Positions 12,879 to 24,860 of a stretch of DNA of 64,000 nt are shown here, piece after piece. How positions within the stretch are numbered: the stretch's first letter is position 1; each line of letters starts with the position of its first letter. The stretch spans positions 1,346,287-1,410,286 of the forward strand of contig NW_002060955.1 in NCBI RefSeq assembly GCF_000150275.1. Reading direction: 5' to 3'. Made by a program: the position numbers and the translations under genes. Origin of the DNA: Trichoplax adhaerens. Its lineage: Eukaryota; Animalia; Placozoa. The notes beneath the pieces are model-generated. The model saw only the letters and a list, made by a program, of their open reading frames with translations, was not told where the DNA came from and searched no databases.

Positions 12879-14865
12879 TTAATTACTATCTTTACGCGAA
12901 TCACAACGATCTCCTGTAAATCCAGGATTGCAAACACACGTCGAGTTGCTTGGAGTTTCGATGCAAAATCCATTTTTGCAACGATTCTTTTGGCAAGTTG
13001 TTGTCAAGGCTAAAGACTGATCCTGAAGAGCATTGATTGAGGTATCGCAATATTTGCCAGTATATCCTGGATTGCAAACGCAAGAAATCTTTCCCGGTAC
13101 TCCAATGCAAAAACCTTCCACACATGGTTGATCTGAACAAGTAGACTTGGCTATTGAGTCAATCATTAATAAATAAGCATTAATGACCAACAAATCACGA
13201 TTTAATCGCTGAAAATTTGTATTGCAATAACTAACATAAAAACGATAACTACAGATTGTATACGATATGGAATTGCATATATGTTTACATTAACGTCAAC
13301 ACCGACGTATGTATAAATTACCAAATATTGTAATGCAATAATGGATATAGAATTCAAATGGTGTAAAGCAATTTTCAATCCAATGGATGCTACTTACGAC
13401 AGGAACCTTCAACGACATCGATGTCATCTATAGCTATATCACCTCGATAACTTTTGCCTCGTACACCTATAATACTTAGCTATAAGCAAAAGGGAAAGTT
13501 TGAGTCGAAGAAGGTATTCATCGTCAAGTTATGTATGGCTTACCGAATGAGGACCAGCTGAAAGTGTTTTCTTCATCTTCCGCCAGACATTACCACGATC
13601 CCCCAGAAAGTTTGCAATATTGCTATTACCATCCAATACTATTAAACTACCCACATCTTTACCATTGGCATTAAACCATAATGAAAAGCAGCATTTATCT
13701 TTGACATGGAAGGGTCCACTTTTTAACATCGCAAAGTCTAGTTCCTTGCGTGGAGCGGATGTTTCAATGTATGCATAGTAGCCTAGTTTCAAAATCGTTA
13801 TAGTTAGGCATGGTTTCTATTTTAAAAACTTGATCTAGCATAGATTAAGGTAACTCTGCTATCATCCTTAAAAACAAAATGATTGAAATGAAAGCAAAAA
13901 TATCCTACGAGCACGAGGATATGGCGTGTGATCATTGGAGGGTCCAGTTCGAGAGCTTGGAGTTTTTCCCTTATGGCGTACCCAATCAAAGTGACCGATT
14001 GCCGAATGATGCCATTTACAAAAATTTCTTTCAAACGTACATTCGAGCTTGGATATTTCACCTCCTATCAAAACCGTAATAACTTTTTAAGTGGCTGCCT
14101 TTATTAAAATTTATTTTCTGGCAGGACGTGAAGTTCTAATTACTCAGACCTAAGTTTTCCAAAGTCTAAACTATCTAAACGATTGACTATTATAATTTCC
14201 TTTCTGTATAGGATATGAAATTTGACTATCCATAAACTAGCGGCTGAAAATTACTATATCGCCTTAACTTTGCAAACATAAACTCGGTATAATTAAGGTA
14301 GAAATAATAGATTATATATTCTCCTCACGATATAATTGAAGGAATTTTAGTATTACTTGATTTAGCAATTGAACAGTTCTTACGTTCCTTTGCAAGCATT
14401 AACTTAACATAATAATTTAAGTAAAAGCGATAAATTATACACTTTTATGTACTAGTGTTGGAAGAAATTTGGATACTACATGATTGAGCAGTTAAAAAGT
14501 ACTATATCTACTCTACTGTGCAAACAATGACAGGAACACATTCTCAAGGTTATCATGGAAAAAGAATCGATTAATACTACAAGATTCAGTAGTCGAAACG
14601 CACTATATTTACTCAACTTTGCAAGCATAAGCTCAGTATGATATAGATAAATGCGATGGGATTGTCCATCTTCATAGTATAGTGGAAGGACTTTTACTTA
14701 TTACGCAAACATAAGCACAATACAGTAGGAAATTAGGTAAGAGTAGAACCAAATTGAATTATTATCGGTATTTGAATTCTGCCTAGTAAACCTACCTATA
14801 GATGTCACAGCCAAGGAAACGATGAGAAGGAAGAGAATGTCGAGGAATAGTACTAAGTTCTTCAT
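12879..14865 (-). CDS. Secreted protein: signal peptide + MAM domain + two EGF-like domains (~272-279 aa)
   Basis: Exons (minus): 14865-14796 (MKNLVLFLDILFLLIVSLAVTSI, signal peptide), 14064-13909 (CTFERNFCKW...DW...TPSSRTGPSNDHT), 13782-13544 (GYYAYIETS...CFSLWF...GNVW), 13479-13398 (GDIAIDDI...GSC) and 13150-12896 (two EGF repeats, C-x-C-N-P-G-Y/F-T-G-x-x-C). All introns are GT-AG with consistent phase. The protein ends by read-through at 12879 or via a short last exon 12780-12743. Confidence 0.88.
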
Positions 14866-15899
14866 GATGGATGAATATTGCAGACAGGCTTGATCGTGTA
14901 ATCAAAAATAAGACTAATAGTATGTGAGTTGGGTAAAATTGCTTCTTTCTACCTTGTAACTGCTTTCTTAATAACTTTGGCTTTCTAACGCCCTAGAGGA
15001 ATACCTTGGTTATTTATAGCCTTAGTGTACAGTAATTCTGTGGGGCCAATGTAGGAAATCCATAGGTATAGAATGTGTACAGGACTGCTATATTAGTATC
15101 AAATCTATTGTCATTACTTGTCATGAAAAGCAATTAATTAATAACTGTAATTAGGTATTGATAGGGTACCTCTGCACTAAGCGAAGAAGAAATTGTGCTT
15201 ATTCTTAATTCCAATAATTATAATGTAAGATAAGGTATGGAGCCTATAGCACCATGAACAACAAACTGATGAAATTGTATTTACAGGCTAATAAATAGCA
15301 GCAACATTTTATAGCGAACTTTGCGCAGGCAATATTACCGAAATAAGCACCAAAATGTCGTAAATAAGTTTGTTTAAATATTTATTTAATTTAATTCTGC
15401 ACTAGTAACACGATAAAATCCTTGTGTACATGTAGGGCGATAAGAAAGTGAGAAGTAATGTACATTGCACAGGTTGTACGATTTTTATCATCTATCAATG
15501 CACAGAGATTTAAAAGTATGAATTAATATACCGCTAGCTTTCTTTATTAAAACTTTAACAGTAGCCTAATAGTGCCAAGCAATCGGCAGTCTAAACTATG
15601 CAGATTTAGATCTAGCAGGGAAAATTGTAGATTGATGTGATAGTATAGTAAATTATAATTATTGCATACTTTGCAATTTCTATCCGATAGACTGGAATGA
15701 ACCCTGTATTTTGCGTAATATCAGAATGATAAATGGAAGAAATACAAGCTAAATGATTTCGACAAATATCTAATATTTTCTGGAATTGCTATCATATGAG
15801 ATAGTTTATTTATTATTCATAATTAATTAATTGGAGTCTAAGAAACTTAATCTAGCTAAGCATGCTAATAGATCATGTTATGAACCACAGGTGAAGAAA

Positions 15900-16150
15900 G
15901 ATTGGCTTTCTCAATTTAGGTACAGTATTGCTCGATTCTATTGAAGTAGTAAAGCTATTTTTCAACTTTTCAGCAGGTACATGACTTTGGTTTTAGTTTT
16001 ATGAATTACAGTTATTGTTATACTAATTGCAGATCCAAAACACGCCATGCTTAGCAGGTACACTAGTGCTTGATTCTATTCAAGAAACTATTTCAGTTTT
16101 GAAGTAGGTGAATGACTTTGGATTTAGTTTTATAAGTTAGAGTTATTGTT
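15900..16150. repeat. Two diverged ~135-bp tandem copies
   Basis: aggtaca...tgct(c/t)gattctatt...ctattt...atgactttgg.tttagttttat.a.tta.agttattgtt occurs twice. Confidence 0.75.
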
Positions 16151-16698
16151 GTGTCTGATTTCAAATGCAAATTTTGCAATAATTACCGTCTTCTACGTAT
16201 ATACGGATGTAAAATGAGAGAAGACTTTCTGATCACTTACAGTAGTAATTCTTACTGTGTCTTTTATTTTTCCAGCCTATACTTGACAATTTTTGGCGCA
16301 TCACTTAATTTAATATACTCGTATATTAAAGTTTAACTAAGACTTGAGCAGCCATTTACTTTTATAGCACAGCAGGCTGATTTACCGTGGTGTTGAATGA
16401 GTAGTAACTAATTTGTATTCGACAACTTACAAATTGGATGACGTTGCAATTTTTTTCGTAGTCTAAATCTGTAGGCGTATAGAAAACTTAGAAATAGATT
16501 AATGAACTGGAAACTGCTTACATTATAAATTTATTTCAAAAAATTTGTTGATCAGAGGATTGTAGTTTCAAAAGCAATAATTAAATTCTAATGTAGTTAT
16601 GTAATAGCAGTACGGTACTCTAGGCTCTCCACTGTCCTTTATTGGTGGCCTCGTTCTATTTATACATCTAAAGTCATCAACCAAACCATTCATTTTAG

Positions 16699-17562
16699 CG
16701 ATTCTTGATGGCCTTAAAAACATTGCAGGTATTGCACCAAATGATTTTAGACAGGCAATAAGAATAGGCATTAAAATAAAACTAAAGTGATTCAATTTCA
16801 TATGATGGCATTCTATGTGCAGAAAGCCTCATTACGAAGGAAGACATCAGCAACATCAACTGTAGGCTTTATGAAAATAATTTGAGCAGTAGCTACTTGC
16901 ATTGTAAAGATCGAGATCGTTATTTCTTTTTAACCACATTTTGTAGCCAAGTGATGATTCTTTGACCTCAACAAGAATTGAATCAGCGTCAGTCGAAGCA
17001 ATTTCAACAGTAATGAGTGATTTGGATAGAAATAGTATGATGTACATTTGCAATGTCATGTCGTTGTCTTTTCTAATATATGTCTGTGTCAGCCTTTGGA
17101 AGAATCACCTTGGGAAGTGGTGGAATCAACACCAAAATTAAAGGCATGCTTCAACTTAAAATTGGTTGTGCCATTACTAGTACACTAAGTTGCAAAACTT
17201 ACTTACAGACTACAGAAGAGCAATGGAATAGCGAGCTTTCATTGACTGATGGATCAGAAATAGAAGAAGGGATGTCAATAGCAACTCGACCTAAGCATCA
17301 CAGGAAGAAAGGAAAACGGAAATTCAAGAATGCTAAAATAGAGGGTGTTTTAGTTGCTCAAGCTATGAAACTTATTCAAGAATGGCAATCAGAAGACGGT
17401 GAACCGATGGATGATTTTAATCGATTTGGGTTGTGTGTAGCGGATCAATTGCGGGATTTAGCTAACAGTTCGGATATGCTTTTAGTTGCTCGAACCAAAT
17501 TTAAGATTGAACAAGTGTTGTATCAAAGTGCTAAGCGAGCATACATCACTCTGAAAAAATAA
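16699..17562 (+). CDS. Multi-exon gene with C-terminal BESS-like motif (MADF/BESS-type); 5' end unresolved
   Basis: The last exon encodes a basic NLS-like stretch (RPKHHRKKGKRKFK) and DDFNRFGLCVADQLRDL...ARTKFKIEQVLY, matching the BESS-type D-x-FG-x-x-VA-x-x-LR-x-L...K-x-x-I-x-x-VL pattern. Short phase-0 AG/GT-bounded candidate exons lie upstream (RFLMALKTLQ; KASLRRKTSATST; PSDDSLTSTRIESASVEAIST; PLEESPWEVVESTPKLK, the last with an apparent GC donor). Confidence 0.6.
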
Positions 17563-18249
17563 GCCTTTTCTCGTAGCCGATACCTAAAAATTATATATGG
17601 TTTGTGGTTTTCAAGTTGTCTGTAGATTTGTAGTGGTTTTGCATGAAGTAACTAACAACAGTGCAGTACATTCATCAACTCATTTGCTCTACTTGTTGTA
17701 CTGTCAATAACAATAAAATGCTCAAATTTATCCTTTAAGGTTATGGTTTATGAATACTCTTGAGATACAGTAATGCAGTCTTGGTGGAAAGAAATGATTC
17801 ACGTTCCATCTTAAGAATCAAGCATGAACACATGATAAGGCACAATGTCTAGGCATAAGATTTAATCACTTTTCTCTGCATAGTTCTTGAGTAGAAAAAT
17901 TGGCCTTCAATTTTGCATTACAATAGTTCATTAATACAATACCTAGATTTGTCATTTGAATCCGTTTTTGATCTTGTTCGTAGAATGGTAATAAGTTAGA
18001 ATGCCATGGTGATATGGCATTTGATGCCAATGAATACCCAACGAAAATAATTTAAAATTTCTGATGTAGAAAAGTTGTTGTAGAAATGCTGCGTGGATTG
18101 TAATAGAATCATCATTAATTTACTCAGGAGAATCGCTGTATTTAGGTGATAACTCTAGCTGATAGATTAGAACGCAATTCTAACTATTACGAAATTAATT
18201 TTTGAATACTTTCAATTACCAATAAGAATATAGTATTATTTTCCAGAAT

Positions 18250-18720
18250 TTTGCGTATTACTGTGAGTCACATCAGATTGATAGCAAAATATGCACATCT
18301 TTAAAATTGGACAATTGATCTCCAAATATGCATATAACATTTATTATCTATTGGATTGAGCTAAGTACGACTCTAAGTATTATTGAAAGTCATTTTCGTT
18401 TTTTATCATCACAAACGTAAGCATTATTTGCCCAGATTTATACATGTCTACTCGGTGTAAAAGCTGATCAATTATATGGTAGAATATGCGCATCTACAAA
18501 AAGTTGGGCAATTGATCGGCTCATATGCCTATCAAACCCTATGGATTGGTTCAAGACCATCTCAATCTTATGCAATTAGTTTTTACTGTTATAAGCACCA
18601 CAATGAAAGCACTATTTACCAGATTTTTACGTATCTACTGTAAGTCTTAGATCAAACTTATAACAGAATATGTGTATCGACAGAAAGTATGCCAATTGAT
18701 TTCCTTATACGAGTATGCAT
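18250..18720. repeat. Degenerate ~190-bp tandem repeat, about 3 copies
   Basis: Recurring ccaga(a)ttt...tactg...gatca...agaatatg.g.atc...caattgat blocks. Confidence 0.6.
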
Positions 18721-19084
18721 ATGAAATGTATTCGAATCAGTTAAAGACTTAAATAAACAGTACTACTTTCACGCTGTTACTTTGCCTTATTGTTTCCAAA
18801 GTAGAGCCAGGATCATTTAACATTGCTTTCAAGCTGTTTGGTTAAAAGTGGAAACTACGTGTTGCCTCATTGTTAATTGTAACATGGCAGATTCTTGCCC
18901 ATATCAATAAAAATAAGCCTTATGAAATAGATATATACATTTTTCATGTTCATTTTAATAGACGAAAACTTATTTTATCAACCCAAGCGATAATAATTGC
19001 TTCCAATAGCAATCAGATGTACTCCTAACATAGTGAATCAATGCTAAGTTAAAATAAAAATTATATCCTTCGATTGCCCTATCC

Positions 19085-19440
19085 AAAGTAGAAGAAATTC
19101 TCTCCAGTAATTATACAGTATGAGTACGAAGTGAGACAAAGGTATAAATTTACAAAAATGTAAGGGGGCCATCAATTCAACACTGGATGCTAAAAGATTG
19201 TTCAGCACAAGAAATTCTCGAAAGTAGTTATACCGTATGAGTACAAAGTGAGACAAAACCATAAATCTTCTAAAAAGTAAGTGGGCATCAATTTAATACT
19301 GGATGCTCAAAGATTGTTGAGCAGCAAAAATCTCGTAAGCAATTATACAGTATGGATACAAAGTGAGATGAGACATAAATCGACAATAAAGTAAGTCAGC
19401 CATCCATTAATGCTGGATGCTATAAGATTGTTAAACATAT
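19085..19440. repeat. ~118-bp tandem repeat, 3 copies
   Basis: ttatacagtatgagtac.aagtgagacaaa...ctggatgcta.aagattgtt repeats at ~19110, ~19230 and ~19345. Confidence 0.85.
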
Positions 19441-19875
19441 CAATGATTAGATTTTACAACTTGTTTAGGGTGTCAGTGACATTCTTCATGTATGTATATC
19501 ATGGATATTTGTAGAGAATAGTAATACATTGAAAGCATCAAAAGTATGCAAAAAGAAAGTTATGGGTGTATCTAAGTAGAAAATATTATTTAAACCGATT
19601 TGCATATTGTACAGATGAACATTTTTTTACATTAGTACTGGTTGCAGCTTTGACTTTTGACTTTCAGTTTAGCACTAAGCACTTTCTGGTTGAATGATAT
19701 CTCTGCATTTGAATCCTTTCAATATTATAGATGAATTTATAAGAAATTATGCGTAGGCTTTAACTACTGGTCTATTGACGATGATTATAAAATAGGCACT
19801 TATATTACAAATGCTCATGGATTGTATATATATTACTAATACAGGAATGGAAGAAATTGACAACCTGATGGACGT

Positions 19876-21517
19876 TTAACAGTCAAACTTGATCGTAATA
19901 GAGGAAACGCAGCCAGTATACTTTCTGCAAGATAAAGATAGCTGAAAGTTAGCGATCCAAAGTTTGATCACGAAACACTAATGTTTTCTATACCGTTAAT
20001 GAAATAATGCTATCCTTTCTTTAAAATCAAGATGGTTAAACATTACTGATCATATATTGACTTCTGATGGAAAATTTGACCGTGAGTTGTAATCATTACT
20101 GAGGAAATGTATGTTCTTATACAGTAAATAAAGTAGTTCTATACTTTCTTTCGAAATAAAGATGGCTAAAATTGAATGCTCAGGACATTGACTGTTGATT
20201 GAAAGTTTGATCAAGATTGGCAATCCTTGCTGTATTTTCTATGAGATTAATAAAGCAATAGCGTGTATTTTTATGGAGATAAAGACAGTAATATTCGAGC
20301 AAGTCATGGTCGAACTTTAAATTATGAAGAAGTAGCGTGCTTTCCTTATGATAAAGATAACTAATATTGAATGATGAATACGTTGACTCTTGATCTAATG
20401 TTTGATCATACGTTGCAAGTCTCGCTTATACTTTCTATACTATACAATAGATAAAAAAAAAGTTGTGTAGTGCTTTCTTCAAGATTAAAGACAGCTAAAA
20501 TTGAGTGGCCAATACGTTAACTCATGATCTACTGTATAGTTTGATCATGGCTAGTAATACGATCCTATGTCCACCTACTATTCATGAAGTAATACCGATG
20601 TAGTGGATAGGGCAGCTGCAGGTTACTCTTGACGTAAATCATTCCTACTTTGTTCATACGCTCGTATACGTAGAGGGAAGGGCATGATGATGGATGGAAT
20701 AAAGTGGTTGCTGTCAGTATTACGATCCTATCTCCATCTACTATTTATGAAGTAATACCGATGCAGTGGATAGGGCAGCTGCTGGTTACTCTTGAAGTAA
20801 ATCATTCCTACTTTGTTCATACGCTCGTATACATAGAGGGAAGGGCATGATGATGAATGGAATAAAGTGGTTGCTGTCAGTGTTGTTTGTTGATTGATTG
20901 AATAGTGGTCATTATGTGTACATTAGAGCATTAGAAGGCTACTTACCTATACTTTACACCAGCTAGATCGAGTAGTCTTCTGGATGCTGTGGATGCAGCG
21001 GTATCATGATATTTATCGGATACAAAGACCACTTCTTTAATGCCTGATTGTATGATTAACTTGGCACATTCATTGCATGGAAATAAAGCAACATAGATGA
21101 TACACCCTTTCAAATCGAATGAATTCTTGTTCAAGATGGCATTCATTTCCGCATGACAAACTAGCTTGAAGAGAGGAGAAGTAATGAATGAGTACAACAT
21201 AGATGGTATCATCAACAGCATGGATGATGTCGATGACAAACTGGAGGATGATACGACCTACCGTACGGATATTTGGTATCCAAAGCATTGGAAGCTTCCC
21301 TAGCCCAAGGTAGTGCGTCATCGTTACAACCATTAGGCATACCATTATAACCTATTCCTACAATTTTATTCTCTTGATTCACGATACATGCTCCAACTTG
21401 CGTATTAGGATCCTTGCTACGTTGCGATGATAGAAAGGCAACGGCCATGAAATATTCTTCCCACGAGATGTAATCGGTTCTCTTCTTGACGACCTCTTCT
21501 CCGTTGGTAGGATTCAT
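19876..21517 (-). CDS. DCTD: dCMP deaminase (172 aa, 3 coding exons)
   Basis: Exons 21517-21262, 21160-20947 and 19924-19876 total 519 nt in frame. Motifs: [34 protein letters not shown], Zn-binding CHAEMNAI and LFPCNECAK. The last exon [16 protein letters not shown] aligns without gaps to the recalled vertebrate C-terminus RKFIPKCSKIVIDFDS. Confidence 0.95.
19925..20550 (-). repeat. Degenerate tandem copies of the DCTD intron-2 3' end plus terminal exon (pseudo-exons or alternative last exons)
   Basis: Recurring TTTGATC and AAAGATRGCTAA-like landmarks. AG acceptors precede 20434, 20238, 20115 and 19987, followed in frame by R-K-Y, R-K-Y, R-T-Y and R-K-H. Confidence 0.75.
20554..20881. repeat. 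Near-perfect 163-bp tandem duplication in DCTD intron 2
   Basis: gta(a/t)tacgatcctat...gtggttgctgtcagt occurs at 20554 and 20717. Confidence 0.95.
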
Positions 21518-21733
21518 CGTTGTCTAAACCGATGAAAACAAGAACAAGTACACTGACTATAGCTCATCTGCTTGAGCTAAAGGATAATCATTGCTCATAA
21601 CAATCCAACCTTACCTTTGAAAGAGAGAAAAAGTGGATGAGAACGGATTAGGTTGCCAAGTTGATTTTTTGAATGGACAGTAACAATCTCTGCCAGGCGT
21701 TAGGGTACGCCTATTCTCTTTGTGGAGGTTCCA

Positions 21734-21897
21734 TTTTCGCGGGAATTTTGCAAGGCGGTACGGTACTTACACTGTAGTGCTACAGTACCGTACTGTAGCG
21801 ATGACAGCACTCGTCCTTAAAAATAAGGAGAAGCCATGGAGCCAAAGTCGATTTCATGTACTGTAGTGTACAGTACTGTATACTGTACACTGAACAG
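21734..21897 (-). promoter_or_regulatory. DCTD promoter region: E2F-type site TTTTCGCGGGAA plus TACTGTA/TACAGTA cluster
   Basis: TTTTCGCGGGAA at 21734-21745 resembles overlapping E2F sites. A tactgta/tacagta cluster spans 21765-21897. A 5'UTR intron has its donor near 21614 and acceptor near 21524. Confidence 0.55.
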
Positions 21898-21899
21898 TA

Positions 21900-22802
21900 G
21901 GCCTGTTCAGAATAACCTCCATTACTCAGCTAGTCAGCCAGGGTAAATAGGTTTAACGACTCCTAGAATATTGTGCCATCGTTGAATTTATAACCGCGAT
22001 TACTCAGCTACTCAGCGTAAATACTCCTAGAATATTGTATCATCCATCTATCGTTCTAGCTATAACCCCGATTGCTCAGCTACTCAGCATAAATAGCTTG
22101 AACGACTTGAAGAATATTGTATCATCCATCGTTTTAAGCTATAGCCCTGATTGCTCAGCTACTCAGCGTAAATAGCTCGAACGACTCTTAGAATATTGTA
22201 CCACCTATCGTTCAAGCTATAACCCCGACTGCTTCGCTACTCAGCGTAAATAGCTTGAACGACTCCTAGAATATTGCACCACCTATCGTTCAAGCTATAA
22301 CCCCGATCACTCAGATGCTCAGCCAGCGTCAATAGCTTGAACAACTCCTAGAATATTGTATCATCTATCGTTCAAGCTATAACCCCGATTGCTCAGCTAC
22401 TCAGCGTAAATAGCTTGAACGACTGCTAGAATATTGTGTCATCGCTTAATTAAGCAATAACCCCCATTTGCTCAGCTACTTAGCGTAAATAGCTTGAACG
22501 ACTGCTAGAATATTGTGTCATCGCTTAATTAAGCTATAATCCCGATTGCTCAGCTACTCAGCGTAAATAGCTTGAACGACTTGAAGAATATTGTATCATC
22601 CATCGTTTAAGCTAGAACCCCGATCACTCCGCTACTCAGCGTAAATAGCTCGAACGACTTGAAGAATATTATATCATCCATCGTTTAAGCTATAGCCCCG
22701 ATCACTCCGCTACTCAGCGTAAATAGCTCGAACGACTCCTAGAGTATTCCATCATCGTTGAAGCTATTTACGCTGAGTAATCGGGGTTATTATAAACGGG
22801 CC
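21900..22802. mobile_element. Non-autonomous TIR element (MITE) with an internal ~78-bp tandem array (about 11 units)
   Basis: Left end GGCCTGTTCAGAATAACCTCCATTACTCAGC versus reverse complement of right end GGCCCGTTTATAATAACCCCGATTACTCAGC. TA flanks both sides (21898-21899, 22803-22804). No ORF. Confidence 0.8.
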
Positions 22803-23743
22803 TAATGCACTGTACAGTAGAAAGAGAGAGGGACGAGAAATCATTTTTCTGGTCATTCTATTTATACGCAGGTACATTGTATAAAACCAATCAAGCTGCT
22901 CATTATCATGTCAATGGTAGAAAAGGCAGTCATGTCCTTTCCAGATCGAAAATCCAGTATTGTATATCGTTTCAGATAGAAATGACCAGCAGAATAGTCA
23001 CCCCTCTCCCCTTTTTAGTACGCTAAGTTCGTCGCTAATCTTAATGACAATCGTCCAAAGTATCGGATATCGTTTCAGATCGACTTTCCATTGAAATAAC
23101 CAACGGAATAGCCGGATGCTCCATTTTGAATCTAGTGAGCGACCGTTTCTTCTCCCTGTGCTATACAAAAGTAGGGACTACTGCATCCCAATTTCCCCTC
23201 CGTGCATAGCTATTGTCACCCATTCTGACAGCCTTGCTCAAGTCAACAGTGACAACTTTTATACACAGAGGGGGGGGGGGGCAATTTGGATGGAGTATTC
23301 CCTACAAAAATCGCTTGATCGATCAGCGTACACGTGTACTCCAAGCAGAATCGCGCTATCTCCGTCTCTCCTCTACAAGCTCGAGTCATTTCCTTATAGT
23401 ACAGTACTGTCTTGTCGTTTGTTGACATAACGTCGGTCTGACACGGTAGGCGTGCATGCACCAGCCGACTGAGTCAGGGTGTGGGAAGACGGCTACTACC
23501 TACCATACCGTTAGTCGAGTAGAGTAGAATAGAGGGAAAATTAATGATATACCCTATAGAATATATATCGGGTATTTGCAGCGGCAATCGATGCAATACT
23601 CTTGCCGGCACGGGACAAGGATTTTCTCAAGCGCATATTCTCAAGCCATTTCTTGCCCATTTTCAACGTTTCCGAGCCCCAAGTCATTACACAACCAGTC
23701 GCCATCAAGAGGTACGTTGATGAAAGATAGACGTCGTAGTAGC

Positions 23744-24860
23744 ATCGTTATCGTTTCTCTTTATCTTATCATCATATTAAGATAGGATTGTTTTGATTGT
23801 TTTCAATACATGGCGAGCAAATGATAAAATAGTCATGACATGGCTAACAGTATTTGGATAAGACGACGAAATTCAACGCCTTGCTTTATTGAATCCATGG
23901 CAGAAATTGGATTCCTTACTTTTTACTTTTTTTATCGTTATCGTTTCTATCTATCTTATCATCATATTAAAATAGGATTGTTTTGATTGTTTTCAATACA
24001 TGGCGAGCAAATGATAAAATAGTCATGACATGGCTACAGTATTTAGATAAGACGATGAAATTCAACGCCTTGCTTTATTGAATCCATGGCAGAAATTGGA
24101 TTCCTTACTTTTTACTTTTTTTATCGTTATCGTTTCTATTTATCTTATCATCATATTAAGATAGGATTGTTTTCAATACATGGCGAGCAAATGATAAAAT
24201 AGTCATGACATGGCTAACAGTATTTGGATAAGACGACGAAATTCAACGCCTTGCTTTATTGAATCCATGGCAGAAATTGGATTCCTTACTTTTTACTTTT
24301 TTTATCGTTATCGTTTCTATCTATCTTATCATCATATTAAAATAGGATTGTTTTGATTGTTTTCAATACATGGCGAGCAAATGATAAAATAGTCATGACA
24401 TGGCTACAGTATTTAGATAAGACGATGAAATTCAACGCCTTGCTTTATTGAATCCATGGCAGAAATTGGATTCCTTACTTTTTACTTTTTTTATCGTTAT
24501 CGTTTCTATTTATCTTATCATCATATTAAGATAGGATTGTTTTCAATACATGGCGAGCAAATGATAAAATAGTCATGACATGGCTAACAGTATTTGGATA
24601 AGACGACGAAATTCAACGCCTTGCTTTATTGAATCCATGGCAGAAATTGGATTCCTTACTTTTTACTTTTTTTATCGTTATCGTTTCTATCTATCTTATC
24701 ATCATATTAAAATAGGATTGTTTTGATTGTTTTCAATACATGGCGAGCAAATGATAAAATAGTCATGACATGGCTACAGTATTTGGATAAGACGACGAAA
24801 TTCAACGCCTTGCTTTATGGAATCCATGGCGGAAATTGGATTCCTTACTTTTTACTTTTT
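23744..24860. repeat. Satellite of 6 units alternating 190/180 bp (370-bp higher-order dimer)
   Basis: The anchor tggcgagcaaatgataaaat occurs at 23811, 24001, 24181, 24371, 24551 and 24741. Confidence 0.95.

Noticed and set aside
20790-20873. Alternative DCTD last exon SNHFIPFII... in the 163-bp duplication
   Set aside because: Poor polypyrimidine tract and no similarity to the DCTD C-terminus beyond FIP; the exon at 19924 fits far better.
21900-22802. CRISPR-like look of the 78-bp palindromic array
   Set aside because: The intervening sequences are homologous to each other rather than unique spacers, there are no cas genes, the context is eukaryotic, and TIRs explain the structure.
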